A DNA stretch of 64,000 nt, from assembly GCA_028716565.1 (NCBI GenBank), contig JAQUPL010000001.1, forward strand, positions 280,479 to 344,478. The letters are read 5' to 3'. How positions within the stretch are numbered: the stretch's first letter is position 1; each line of letters starts with the position of its first letter. This document shows, piece by piece, positions 30,847-41,857 of the stretch. The DNA comes from Candidatus Omnitrophota bacterium (lineage in GTDB: Bacteria; Omnitrophota; Gorgyraeia; Pluralincolimonadales; Pluralincolimonadaceae). Below the pieces are notes generated by a model that worked only from the letters and a program-made list of their open reading frames with translations, searched no databases and was not told the DNA's origin. The position numbers and the translations under genes are program-made.

Positions 30847-31843
30847 GCTTCGAGATCTCCGCCAGCACCCGCTTTTCGGCTTCCTTGTGCGCAGCCCTGA
30901 TGCTGAAACCCGCCGCGGCCACATGCCCGCCGCCGCCGAATTTCATCGCTATCTTGTTGACATCAACGCCGTCCTTTCCCCTGATGCTGACCTTAATAAG
31001 CCCTTCATCCTTCGTCTCTTTGAACAGGAGCGCCACCTTACTGCCTCTTACGGCCCGGGGAAAACCGATGAAGTTCTCGGCGTCCTTGAGCTCGCCGCCG
31101 CTCTTCTTCAACATCTCCCTGGTTATCCACATCCAGACTATCTTGCCGTCGGCGCTCCTCTCCACGGTCGAAAGCGATCTGCCGAGGAGATGCGTGATCT
31201 CGAAGGTCTTCATCTCGAAGAGGCTTTCGTATATGAAATTCGTATCGAGCCCGTTCTTTATGAGCTCGGCCGCAACGATATGTGTTTTGGCCGATGTATT
31301 CGTATACCTAAATGAACCCGTGTCTATGAGGATCGCCGAATAGATATTTATCGCGTCATACTTAGACAATTTAAGGCCGAAGCGCTTAAATAGCTCAAAT
31401 ATCATCTCACCGGTGGCCGCGCCTTTTCCGTCCACCCAGTTGACGTTCCCGAAATAATCATTGCTTACGTGATGGTCGATGTTGACTATTTCCATATCCC
31501 GCGTGACCAGCTCGGCTACTTTCCCGGTCCGCTCGAGCGTAGGGCAGTCGACTATAAGCGCGCAATCGATATCCTTCAAAACTTTTTTGTTCAAGTTCCT
31601 GCATAATACGATAGATTTTATCCCGGGCATGAAATCACAGGATATCGGCGGCGGGTCCTGATCTATGATTATCGGGTCTTTGCCCAAGCGCTTTATAAGG
31701 CTGGCTAACGCGAGCTGGGAACCGATCGCGTCCGCTTCCGGGTCGACATGGCCCGAGATAAGGAACTTCTTGTGCCTGCGTATCGCGTTTACGACTTTAG
31801 GAAGGCTCATCTTTCTTCTCTTTCTCCTTATGTATCTTATCAA
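30839..31843 (-). CDS. nrnA: DHH/DHHA1 phosphoesterase: oligoribonuclease / pAp phosphatase NrnA
   Basis: 334 aa; DHH motifs, DHHA1 GGGH motif. Confidence 0.8.
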   Translation of the reverse strand: MIRYIRRKRRKMSLPKVVNAIRRHKKFLISGHVDPEADAIGSQLALASLIKRLGKDPIIIDQDPPPISCDFMPGIKSIVLCRNLNKKVLKDIDCALIVDCPTLERTGKVAELVTRDMEIVNIDHHVSNDYFGNVNWVDGKGAATGEMIFELFKRFGLKLSKYDAINIYSAILIDTGSFRYTNTSAKTHIVAAELIKNGLDTNFIYESLFEMKTFEITHLLGRSLSTVERSADGKIVWMWITREMLKKSGGELKDAENFIGFPRAVRGSKVALLFKETKDEGLIKVSIRGKDGVDVNKIAMKFGGGGHVAAAGFSIRAAHKEAEKRVLAEISKHV

Positions 31844-32159
31844 ATATCTCGTTCAGGTGTATGCTGTATTCCGCAGATTCATCGAGCCTGAAGAGCAGTT
31901 CCGGGACGAACTTAAACCTCATCCTCTCGCCGAGGGTCTTGCGGATGAAACCTGAGGCCGAATTAAGGCCTTCGGCAGCATCTTCCTTCTCCTCTTTTCC
32001 GCCCAAAGAACTGAAATAGACCTTCGCGTTCCTTATATCCGGCGTAACCTCGACCCTCGTTACCGTGATAAAACCTATGCGAGGGTCTTTAAGTTCCTCG
32101 CTTATTATGACCGAGATAATCTCCCTCATCTCGCTCGCGATGCGTTCCGGACGTATCCC
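31797..32159 (-). CDS. rbfA: Ribosome-binding factor A
   Basis: RbfA KH-like fold sequence (RIGFITVTRVEVTPDIRNAKVYFS); likely start at the internal MGIRPERIA. Confidence 0.85.
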   Translation of the reverse strand, partial: GIRPERIASEMREIISVIISEELKDPRIGFITVTRVEVTPDIRNAKVYFSSLGGKEEKEDAAEGLNSASGFIRKTLGERMRFKFVPELLFRLDESAEYSIHLNEIFDKIHKEKEKKDEPS

Positions 32160-32196
32160 CATTATTGTATCTCCGTGTTGTAATTGCCGCCTGTTA

Positions 32197-34863
32197 TCAT
32201 CTATCCCCCTTGAAATGCGATACAGCAAACGCGACCTCTTCGCCCTTAGTTTTTACCTTCCCGTCGAGCTTGGCGCGAAGCGTCTTCCTGATGATCTCCT
32301 TAAAATGCGGCCCCGGCTCTATCCCCGCCTTCTTTAGGTCATCGCCGCGCAGGTCGAGCTTCACGAGCGCGTATTTGGTCATATAGGATGCTATCCGCCG
32401 CCTTGCCGCCTGCGAACGCGTCTTTGCCATGAGCGCGACCATAGCCTCATGCGAAAACCCGTCGAGATGCGCGCAGACCACGCTAGGCCTCAATTTTTCC
32501 TTTTTGGATAAAGCGGCCAAGATTTTTTCGGAGTTCTTTTTGTAGGAGATAAGTTTTGCCGCGTCGGCCTTCCTGAAGACGAAATCACCGCAGATCTTTT
32601 TTGTCCGGGCCGGGTCAAGTTCATCAAGGAGGACAGCCAGATATACAAGCCAGCGCTCGAGCGCGTGCTTCTTACCCGTATGCATATTATCGTACCATGC
32701 CAGCGCCTCGTCGGCGGCACTAAAAAGCTCTATATTTTTGCTTTTTAGTGTCAGGCCGGGGTCGATGAACCGCAATTCATTCAATTCCGAAAGCCGTTTG
32801 ACCGCCTTAAGCGGTTTCTCCTCCGAGAGGATAGCTATAAGCTCCTCCCTTATCCTCTGTTTCTGAGTCCTGTCTACCATCTTCAGGCCGACTGCTTTTT
32901 TTATCAGGCTCTCCGTATGCGGCTCGATCCTGAAATCGAAGCGCTGCTCAAACCTGACGCCCCGGAAGATCCTTGTCGGGTCATCGACGAAACTCAGGTC
33001 GTGCAGGGCCCTTATAACGCCTTCCTTGAGGTCGATCCTGCCGTGGAACGGGTCGAGCAATTCCCCGAAATGCTGCCTGCCCAGCCTGAACGCCATCGCG
33101 TTTATCGTGAAATCCCGCCTGAAAAGGTCGTTCTCTATCGGTCCGAACTTTACCGTCGGGAGAGCGGCGGGCCTTTCGTATATCTCGGTCCTGGTCATGG
33201 CTATGTCTATCCTGAACTTCCCGCCGGAGGATTTTGAAGGCGCTATGCCGGCCGGGCACGGAAAGAATACTGTCGCGGTCCCGAACCTCTTGTGGTATAC
33301 GTATACGCCGCAAAGCTCCTTCGAGAGCTTCTTTGCGTATTCTATCGCGTTGCCTTCTATGACTATATCGACATCAAAATTCGTTACCCCCAGCAGGAGG
33401 TCCCTTACAAACCCGCCGACCGCGAAAGCGGTAAATTCCATCTCTTCGGCAAGCCTGCCCGCCAGCCTCAACAACTCGGCCATCTTGCCCGGGAACGCCT
33501 TTTTTATCCTCGGTGTGAGGTTCACCGTGACGCGGGGTTCCTCTTTCAGGTCCCCGCCCGACGCTGCGGCAAAAAGCCTTCCGTGGAAAGCGCGCAGGAT
33601 ATCGGACCTCGTGACAAGGCCCAGAAGGTTGACACCGTCGAATACAGGCACGCAGCCCACTTCCTTCTGCTGGATCATGTCCTGTATCGCGTAAACCGAG
33701 GTATCCGGTTTCACGGGAAAGATCTTTCGCGACATATAGCCCTTGACGCGCGCGTGGCCGAAACCGAGAGATACCGCCCTGTCGAGGTCCTTAAGAGCGG
33801 CTATCCCTTCCAGCCGCCCGTTAACTTTAACGACCGCATATTCGGAGAGGGCCTTGGCCAGTTTTTCCCTAGCCGCGCTCACAGGCTCGTCTATATCCAT
33901 CTCGACAGGTTTCCCGGTTACCAGTTCTCTTGCTTTTATATCGGAATGTATATGGGAGCGCAGGTATTCTATAAGTTTCGATTTTACCTCTGCCAGGCTC
34001 ATATCCCTGATCACGGCGCCTGCGGCCGAAGGGTGCCCCCCTCCCCCGAACAGGGCCGCAATCTTCGCGACATTCACGAAAGGCAGGCCGCTGCGCGCGA
34101 TGAACTGCACTTTATCCCTCGTCTGGACCATCACGAAGATGAGGTTGAAATTCTCGGCCTCTTCGAGCTTATGCGCCAGGAGGCTCAGGTCGTCGACGTA
34201 CTGTTCGCTCGTTATCGCCGCGATCGCGACATGGACGCTGTTTATTACATGCACCTCTGTTGACTGGATAAGGAGGGCCAGCAGGCTAAGTTCCTTGTCG
34301 GTCAGCTCCCTCCTCAGGTACGACGATACGAGGTGCAGGTCCGCGCCCATAGAGACGAGGAAACTCACCATATCAATATCTTCCCTTGTGGTAGTAGGGA
34401 ATGAGAGCGAACCGGTATCCTCGTATATGCCGAGCGCCATGATAGTGGCCTCAAGCGGCGAGATCTTTATCTCCCTGTCTTTTATCAGGTCTACAAGGAT
34501 AGTAGTGGACGCTCCGGTCTTTCCGTAAATATCCTTGTCAGCTTTAATATCTTCGCCGGTCCTCGGGTGGTGGTCATAAATATGCACATCCACCCCTTTT
34601 TTCCCGGCGAGCTGCGCCATTTTTCCTATGCGGCTCTTGAGCCTCGTCTCCACGATTATAAGCCGCGTCACGTTCTCGAGCGAAGCGTCTTTTTCATACT
34701 CGATCTTGACGAGGTCGGAGCACAGGGACATAAACTCCCGCACGGCCCTCTCCTGCGAACCGGGGAGGACAAGCCGCGCGCCCGGGTAGAGCTTGCGCGC
34801 CGCGACCATCGACGCGAGCGCGTCGAAGTCGGCGTTGGCGTGCGTCGTTATAAGGTCCGTCAA
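32197..34863 (-). CDS. Multidomain DHH-DHHA1 phosphoesterase / CBS pair / poly(A) polymerase-CCA tRNA nucleotidyltransferase fusion protein
   Basis: 888 aa. The N-terminus has DHH motifs and a GGGGH DHHA1 motif; the middle has CBS-like pairs; the C-terminus has the nucleotidyltransferase GG...RD...D.D motif (FAVGGFVRDLLLG...DVDIVIEG). Confidence 0.75.
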   Translation of the reverse strand: MTDLITTHANADFDALASMVAARKLYPGARLVLPGSQERAVREFMSLCSDLVKIEYEKDASLENVTRLIIVETRLKSRIGKMAQLAGKKGVDVHIYDHHPRTGEDIKADKDIYGKTGASTTILVDLIKDREIKISPLEATIMALGIYEDTGSLSFPTTTREDIDMVSFLVSMGADLHLVSSYLRRELTDKELSLLALLIQSTEVHVINSVHVAIAAITSEQYVDDLSLLAHKLEEAENFNLIFVMVQTRDKVQFIARSGLPFVNVAKIAALFGGGGHPSAAGAVIRDMSLAEVKSKLIEYLRSHIHSDIKARELVTGKPVEMDIDEPVSAAREKLAKALSEYAVVKVNGRLEGIAALKDLDRAVSLGFGHARVKGYMSRKIFPVKPDTSVYAIQDMIQQKEVGCVPVFDGVNLLGLVTRSDILRAFHGRLFAAASGGDLKEEPRVTVNLTPRIKKAFPGKMAELLRLAGRLAEEMEFTAFAVGGFVRDLLLGVTNFDVDIVIEGNAIEYAKKLSKELCGVYVYHKRFGTATVFFPCPAGIAPSKSSGGKFRIDIAMTRTEIYERPAALPTVKFGPIENDLFRRDFTINAMAFRLGRQHFGELLDPFHGRIDLKEGVIRALHDLSFVDDPTRIFRGVRFEQRFDFRIEPHTESLIKKAVGLKMVDRTQKQRIREELIAILSEEKPLKAVKRLSELNELRFIDPGLTLKSKNIELFSAADEALAWYDNMHTGKKHALERWLVYLAVLLDELDPARTKKICGDFVFRKADAAKLISYKKNSEKILAALSKKEKLRPSVVCAHLDGFSHEAMVALMAKTRSQAARRRIASYMTKYALVKLDLRGDDLKKAGIEPGPHFKEIIRKTLRAKLDGKVKTKGEEVAFAVSHFKGDR

Positions 34864-35462
34864 TAGAAGAGCGAGACTCCCGCCGTAACTGAATTAGTGT
34901 CGATGCCGCTGTTAGGCTTAGCTATGCCTAAGTTAGATATATGCCTGTAACGGTATCCGACGTTAAGGGCGATGTTATCTTTGACGAAGTAATAAAGACC
35001 TGCGCCCGCATGATCTACGAAATTTGCGTGGGAGCCCTGGTCCCTCGTCCTCTCGGATATATATATGCCGCCGGTGCCGCCCTCGATGTAGGGATAGAAT
35101 TTAGAGGTAAGCGGGTAGGCGTATTTAAGGCCGAAGCTGCAACCGGCCTCATAATTGGATGAGGGCTTTATGACCGGGTTGGCAAAAGGCTCGACCATGA
35201 ACAGGAACATGCCCGGTATCTTCCAGTTCAGGCATTTCTTGAGGTTGAAACCGAAACGCCCCGAGAGATATACATTATCGTATTTCCTGATCGTTTCGGT
35301 ATCGGAGCCGCGCCCGACGTCAGCCGTGCCCCATCCTGAGAAGAAACCTATCTCTTTAAGGCAGGTATCGCTCTTTACCGCCTCATTGTCTTCGGCCCCG
35401 CAAGCGGGAGCGCACACCAACACCAACGCCGCAACGCTAATGACCAAATACTTCACCATCAC
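34860..35462 (-). CDS. Outer-membrane lipid A deacylase-like (PagL / acyloxyacyl hydrolase family) beta-barrel protein
   Basis: 200 aa; signal peptide; C-terminal H-x-S-N catalytic-type motif (RYRHISNLG); ends in an aromatic residue. Confidence 0.55.
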   Translation of the reverse strand: MMVKYLVISVAALVLVCAPACGAEDNEAVKSDTCLKEIGFFSGWGTADVGRGSDTETIRKYDNVYLSGRFGFNLKKCLNWKIPGMFLFMVEPFANPVIKPSSNYEAGCSFGLKYAYPLTSKFYPYIEGGTGGIYISERTRDQGSHANFVDHAGAGLYYFVKDNIALNVGYRYRHISNLGIAKPNSGIDTNSVTAGVSLFY

Positions 35463-35477
35463 TTTTCCCCCTTTCTA

Positions 35478-35840
35478 TTATTTTCCGAAGATCATTTTCA
35501 ATGATACTAGGAACATCACCGCGCCGAACAATTTCTGTAAAAACATATTTGAAAGCCCTACGGCCGCTTTCGCACCAAAAAATCCCCCGATGAAAAAACC
35601 GAGGCAGATGAAGAGCGCCGCTTTCATGTCCACATAACCATTTTTATAATACACCATGGCGGCGAGAAGGCCTATAGGAGGAAGCAATAAAGCCATCGTT
35701 GTGCCTTGCGCCTGTAACTGAGAGAACTTGAAGAGATATATAAGCGCCGGGATCAATAAAAGGCCGCCGCCTATGCCCATAAGGCCGCTCAGCGCGCCCG
35801 CTGCCAGGCCTAAGACCAGGTAAACCGCTATAGTTGCCAT
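35478..35840 (-). CDS. TauE/SafE (DUF81) family membrane protein, single-repeat form
   Basis: 120 aa; four predicted TM helices with Gly-rich motifs typical of TauE/SafE half-transporters. Confidence 0.55.
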   Translation of the reverse strand: MATIAVYLVLGLAAGALSGLMGIGGGLLLIPALIYLFKFSQLQAQGTTMALLLPPIGLLAAMVYYKNGYVDMKAALFICLGFFIGGFFGAKAAVGLSNMFLQKLFGAVMFLVSLKMIFGK

Positions 35841-35889
35841 TTTACGCTCCTTGTTCTCATTTATAATTTCACTCTTTCCTTTTGATTAC

Positions 35890-35966
<77 letters not shown>

Positions 35967-36173
35967 GTAATATTTCAAAGTGAAAAATTTGGTCTTTTAC
36001 CTTTACTTTGCGTCTCGGCGATTGGTTCACTCGGGCTTTTTTATTACTCGCCGCATATCGATAGCCGGCTCCGTCATAAACCGCCTCTTCGTTCACCGAA
36101 TCGCCTCGCGCATAGCAGACCTACGCTTGACCCAAATTTTTCACAACCAAAAAATCCCTGCTCCTTCCGCACC

Positions 36174-37064
36174 TTACGGACGGGGGTGGAACTTCTGGTG
36201 GATCTGTTTCAACCGTTCCTTATTTATATGCGTATATATCTGCGTCGTCGAGATGTTCACGTGGCCGAGCAGTTCCTGGACTATCCTCAGGTCCGCGCCG
36301 TTCTGCAAAAGGTGCGTGGCGAACGAGTGCCTCAACGTATGGGGAGTCACCCTCTTTTTTATCCTGGCGTCCTTGACATAATGCTTTATGACCATCCAAA
36401 ATGTCTGGCGCGACATCGGCTTGCCAAGGCGGGTCAAGAAGATCGCCCCTGAGTCGGCTTTCTTTAAAAATTTCGGCCTCGCCTTCTCCAGATATTTCTG
36501 GATAGCATCCCTGGCTTTGCTGCCCACCGGTATTATGCGCTCCTTCTGGCCTTTCCCGAGGCATTTTACGAATCCCATATCAATATGGATATCCGTCAGT
36601 TTCAGGTTAACGAGTTCGGAGACGCGCATCCCGGTCGCATACATCAGTTCGAGGGCGGCCTTATCGCGGAGCCCCTGCTTAAGGCGCGTGTTCGGGCTAT
36701 CGAGTATCGCCTCGACCTCTTTCTCGTCCAGGACATCCGGCAGTGTCTTCCAGAGTTTCGGCGTCTCGATGACCGAGGTGACGTCCTCTTTAAGGAGGCG
36801 CTGGCTCGTCAGGTAACGGTGGAATACTTTTATCGCGACTAGGTTGCGCGCGATCGAGCTCGCGTTCAACTTGTCACTCTTCAGCCCCATCATGAAATCC
36901 TGGATATCCGGGCGTTTTACTTTATCCAGGCTATTTATGCCCTTCTTCTTCAGGTATCCGGCGTATTTATTCAGGTCGCGGCTGTACGACTCGAGCGTAT
37001 TCTTGCTCAGGCCGCGCTCGACCGAAAGGTAATCCATGAATTCCTTGATAAAATCTTCCATCAC
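36174..37064 (-). CDS. xerD: Tyrosine site-specific recombinase XerD/XerC family
   Basis: 296 aa; RHSFATHLL...GH...Y catalytic motifs and an N-terminal SAM-like core-binding domain typical of XerD. Confidence 0.85.
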   Translation of the reverse strand: MMEDFIKEFMDYLSVERGLSKNTLESYSRDLNKYAGYLKKKGINSLDKVKRPDIQDFMMGLKSDKLNASSIARNLVAIKVFHRYLTSQRLLKEDVTSVIETPKLWKTLPDVLDEKEVEAILDSPNTRLKQGLRDKAALELMYATGMRVSELVNLKLTDIHIDMGFVKCLGKGQKERIIPVGSKARDAIQKYLEKARPKFLKKADSGAIFLTRLGKPMSRQTFWMVIKHYVKDARIKKRVTPHTLRHSFATHLLQNGADLRIVQELLGHVNISTTQIYTHINKERLKQIHQKFHPRP

Positions 37065-37682
37065 TCAACCCGAGAAAAAAGGGTTATGTCCTTTCTCGTA
37101 GCCTATGGTAGTCGCGGGACCGTGGCCCGGGTAGACCTTCGTGGCGTCCGGCAAAGTGAAGAGTTTTTCTTTTATCGATCTCATAAGCACCGCTTCCGAC
37201 CCGCCCGGAAGATCGGTCCTGCCGACGCCTTCGGCGAAGAGTGTGTCGCCTGTAAAGACCGCGTCTTCGCACCAGAGGCAGATCGAGCCCTGCGTATGGC
37301 CGGGCGTATGCAAGACTTCCAGGACCAGGTTGCCTACCTCTATAGTATCGCCATCCTCGAGCAGCCTGCTCGCCGGTGGGGAACAGACCGGGATACCGAT
37401 CATCCCTGAGACATTCTTCATCGGGTTCGTCAGGCACTGCGCGTCGGAGGCATGTATGAATACCGGCAGCCCCATCTTGGAGTTAGCGCCGATATGGTCA
37501 GCGTGGCCGTGCGTGTTTATGACGCATTTCGGCGACAGGCCCAATTCGGCCACCTGCTGTTTTATATCCTTATCGTCCGCGCCCGGGTCTATTATCACGG
37601 CCTCCTTCGTCTCGGCGCAGCCGAATATATAACAATTTGCGGCGATAGGCCCCACCGGTAAAACCTTTAATATGTATTTCAT
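37065..37682 (-). CDS. MBL-fold metallo-hydrolase (glyoxalase II-like)
   Basis: 205 aa; THGHADH metal-binding motif. Confidence 0.8.
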   Translation of the reverse strand: MKYILKVLPVGPIAANCYIFGCAETKEAVIIDPGADDKDIKQQVAELGLSPKCVINTHGHADHIGANSKMGLPVFIHASDAQCLTNPMKNVSGMIGIPVCSPPASRLLEDGDTIEVGNLVLEVLHTPGHTQGSICLWCEDAVFTGDTLFAEGVGRTDLPGGSEAVLMRSIKEKLFTLPDATKVYPGHGPATTIGYEKGHNPFFSG

Positions 37683-38230
37683 TTTTTAGGCAGCGTCTGC
37701 TCCGTGATCTGGATCGGTTTGATGGGCTCCTCTTCCTTCAGGATGAACGCCTTGACCTCTGAAGGCTCGAATTTTCTCATTATCACTCTCCTACGGCTCT
37801 CGAGGTCGCTCCTTATGCTTGAGGCCTCCACCTTTCCGGGTTGGCCGAAGTCCACCTTCTTCTGCACGCCCTGATAGAACTTTATATACTTCGCAAGTTC
37901 TTCCTTCTTCGCGCCGGTAAGGAGGTCCTGCATCCTCTGCAGGTCTTCCACTGCCCTCGCCGCGGCAAGCCTCTCGCGCTTGTTGCTGCCCTGGTTATCA
38001 AGGCAATCCATAAGGTCCTCGGTCCACGTGCGCCAGTAATTATAATGGTTGCTGTATAAAACGGCGTTGGGATATATACCCTTGTAGTTCTGCGGCTGCA
38101 GGACCGGCGTGACCTTCTTGGGGCTCTGCTTTCTCGTGAACTTCTTCTTCAACGTCTCACAACCCGACATATTTATAACTGCCACCGCCACCGCTAAGAT
38201 CAGGACGGCTTTTTTATAAGCGACTCTCAT
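37679..38230 (-). CDS. Hypothetical lipoprotein
   Basis: 183 aa; signal peptide with lipobox (VINMSGC); no recognisable domain. Confidence 0.5.
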   Translation of the reverse strand: MRVAYKKAVLILAVAVAVINMSGCETLKKKFTRKQSPKKVTPVLQPQNYKGIYPNAVLYSNHYNYWRTWTEDLMDCLDNQGSNKRERLAAARAVEDLQRMQDLLTGAKKEELAKYIKFYQGVQKKVDFGQPGKVEASSIRSDLESRRRVIMRKFEPSEVKAFILKEEEPIKPIQITEQTLPKK

Positions 38231-38240
38231 CTCTTCTCCT

Positions 38241-40588
<2,348 letters not shown>

Positions 40589-40609
40589 AGGGATGCACCG
40601 GGATAAGTA

Positions 40610-40686
40610 TGGTCGGGGCGGACAGACTTGAACTGTCGACCTCTTCGTCCCGAACGAAGCGCTCTACCAAACTGAGCCACGCCCCG
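40610..40686 (-). tRNA. tRNA-Pro (anticodon CGG), CCA encoded
   Basis: Reverse complement folds as CGGGGCG-TG-GCTC-AGTTTGGT-AGAGC-G-CTTCG-TTCGGGA-CGAAG-AGGTC-GACAG-TTCAAGT-CTGTC-CGCCCCG-A-CCA; the 5' 23 nt overlap the end of the upstream nuclease ORF. Confidence 0.85.
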
Positions 40687-41185
40687 ACTTGATACCCCAA
40701 AGCCCGCGCTTCTCTTTTCTTGCCTCTTCCTGAAGCGCCTTAAACTTATCGACGTATTTCACGTTAGGGGGATAAGTGGCTATTACCGCATAACCCCCCT
40801 TAACCAATTCAGCGTTGACAAATATATCGCCGGCGTAGACGTAAGCGAGGATCCTCCCGTACTTGTCGGTCCTTCCTACGTCGTACTCCAGCTTGACGGT
40901 CTTTCCCCTGACAAGCCTTTCATTCTCCCTTTTGGCCTCGGTATAATACGGCATGCGCCTCTCGGGAGTATCCATGCCTATGTATCTTACGTGCCTGCCG
41001 TCCTCCAATACTACGGTATCGCCGTCAATTACTCTGGCGACGCGCAGCTCTTCCGCCTGTACGGATTTTACCGCTTCGGCCTTTGCGGAACCGCAGGTAG
41101 ATATTAATGATGCGGAAACAGCAAGGGCAAAAAATATGGCCGCAACGGGCCTTACCCTACTTAACATAATGATAGATTTTATCAC
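40664..41185 (-). CDS. Thermonuclease / staphylococcal nuclease (SNase) family secreted nuclease
   Basis: 173 aa; signal peptide; VIDGDTV...RYIGMDTPE...R...Y SNase Ca-binding/catalytic motifs. The C-terminal tail reads into tRNA-Pro. Confidence 0.75.
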   Translation of the reverse strand: MIKSIIMLSRVRPVAAIFFALAVSASLISTCGSAKAEAVKSVQAEELRVARVIDGDTVVLEDGRHVRYIGMDTPERRMPYYTEAKRENERLVRGKTVKLEYDVGRTDKYGRILAYVYAGDIFVNAELVKGGYAVIATYPPNVKYVDKFKALQEEARKEKRGLWGIKSGRGSVW

Positions 41186-41217
41186 GACTGGAGGAGATAG
41201 TCAATAAATTGGTGGGT

Positions 41218-41856
41218 CTAAATAAAGCCTTTATCCTTGAGGAATTCCTCGGTGATATTTGAAGGTTTTTCCCGGCCGGGATATTTCGCAGCGTATTTCC
41301 CGAGCATATCGGTCTCGAGGTTGACCTTATCTCCGGCCTTTCTCGAGCCCAGCGTTGTAGCCCGGGCCGTATGCGGGATTACATAAACGGAAAACGAACC
41401 GTCGTTTAATTCCGCCACAGTCAGGCTTACGCCGTCTACGGCTACCGAACCTTTAAGGACGATCCCATCGAGGATATCTCCGGCGGCTTTTATCTCAAGT
41501 AATATCTCGCCCTTGCCTTCTTTCTTTGACTTTATTATGCCGGTGCCGTCTACATGGCCGGTCACGAAGTGGCCGCTTACCTTACCGCCGCTCACGAGCG
41601 CCCCTTCGAGATTTACTTTCTCGCCTTTTTTCAGGTCACCGAGGCAGGTATTCTTCAGGGTCTCTCGTATCGCCTCTACGGAAAAATTGCCTTTCCCGGT
41701 CGCGACGACGGTCAGGCAGGCGCCGTTCACTGAGACGGAATCTCCCTTCTTCAGGCCTTCGAGCACCTTACCCGCCTTGACCGTAAATACCGAGGGCTCA
41801 CTTGACCTGTCTATCTTCTCAACGACCCCTAATTCTTCTATTATCCCGGTAAACAT
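41218..41856 (-). CDS. ribE: Riboflavin synthase (alpha subunit)
   Basis: 212 aa; MFTGIIEE...NGACLTV duplicated lumazine-binding repeats. Confidence 0.9.
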   Translation of the reverse strand: MFTGIIEELGVVEKIDRSSEPSVFTVKAGKVLEGLKKGDSVSVNGACLTVVATGKGNFSVEAIRETLKNTCLGDLKKGEKVNLEGALVSGGKVSGHFVTGHVDGTGIIKSKKEGKGEILLEIKAAGDILDGIVLKGSVAVDGVSLTVAELNDGSFSVYVIPHTARATTLGSRKAGDKVNLETDMLGKYAAKYPGREKPSNITEEFLKDKGFI

Positions 41857-41857
41857 T

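Noticed and set aside
35967-36173. Approx. 200-bp gap between xerD and tRNA-Arg as a possible small ORF or attachment site
   Set aside because: No ORF with a plausible start/SD and no direct repeats matching the tRNA 3' end were found. It likely contains only the tRNA promoter.
36174-37064. Tyrosine recombinase adjacent to tRNA-Arg (35890-35966) as a possible genomic-island integrase
   Set aside because: The protein has the full XerD/XerC signature (core-binding plus catalytic RHSFATHLL...GH...Y). Flanking genes on both sides are housekeeping (MBL hydrolase, ligA, TauE, PagL-like), with no compositional shift, direct-repeat att sites or phage/transposon genes. It is most likely the chromosomal dimer-resolution recombinase.
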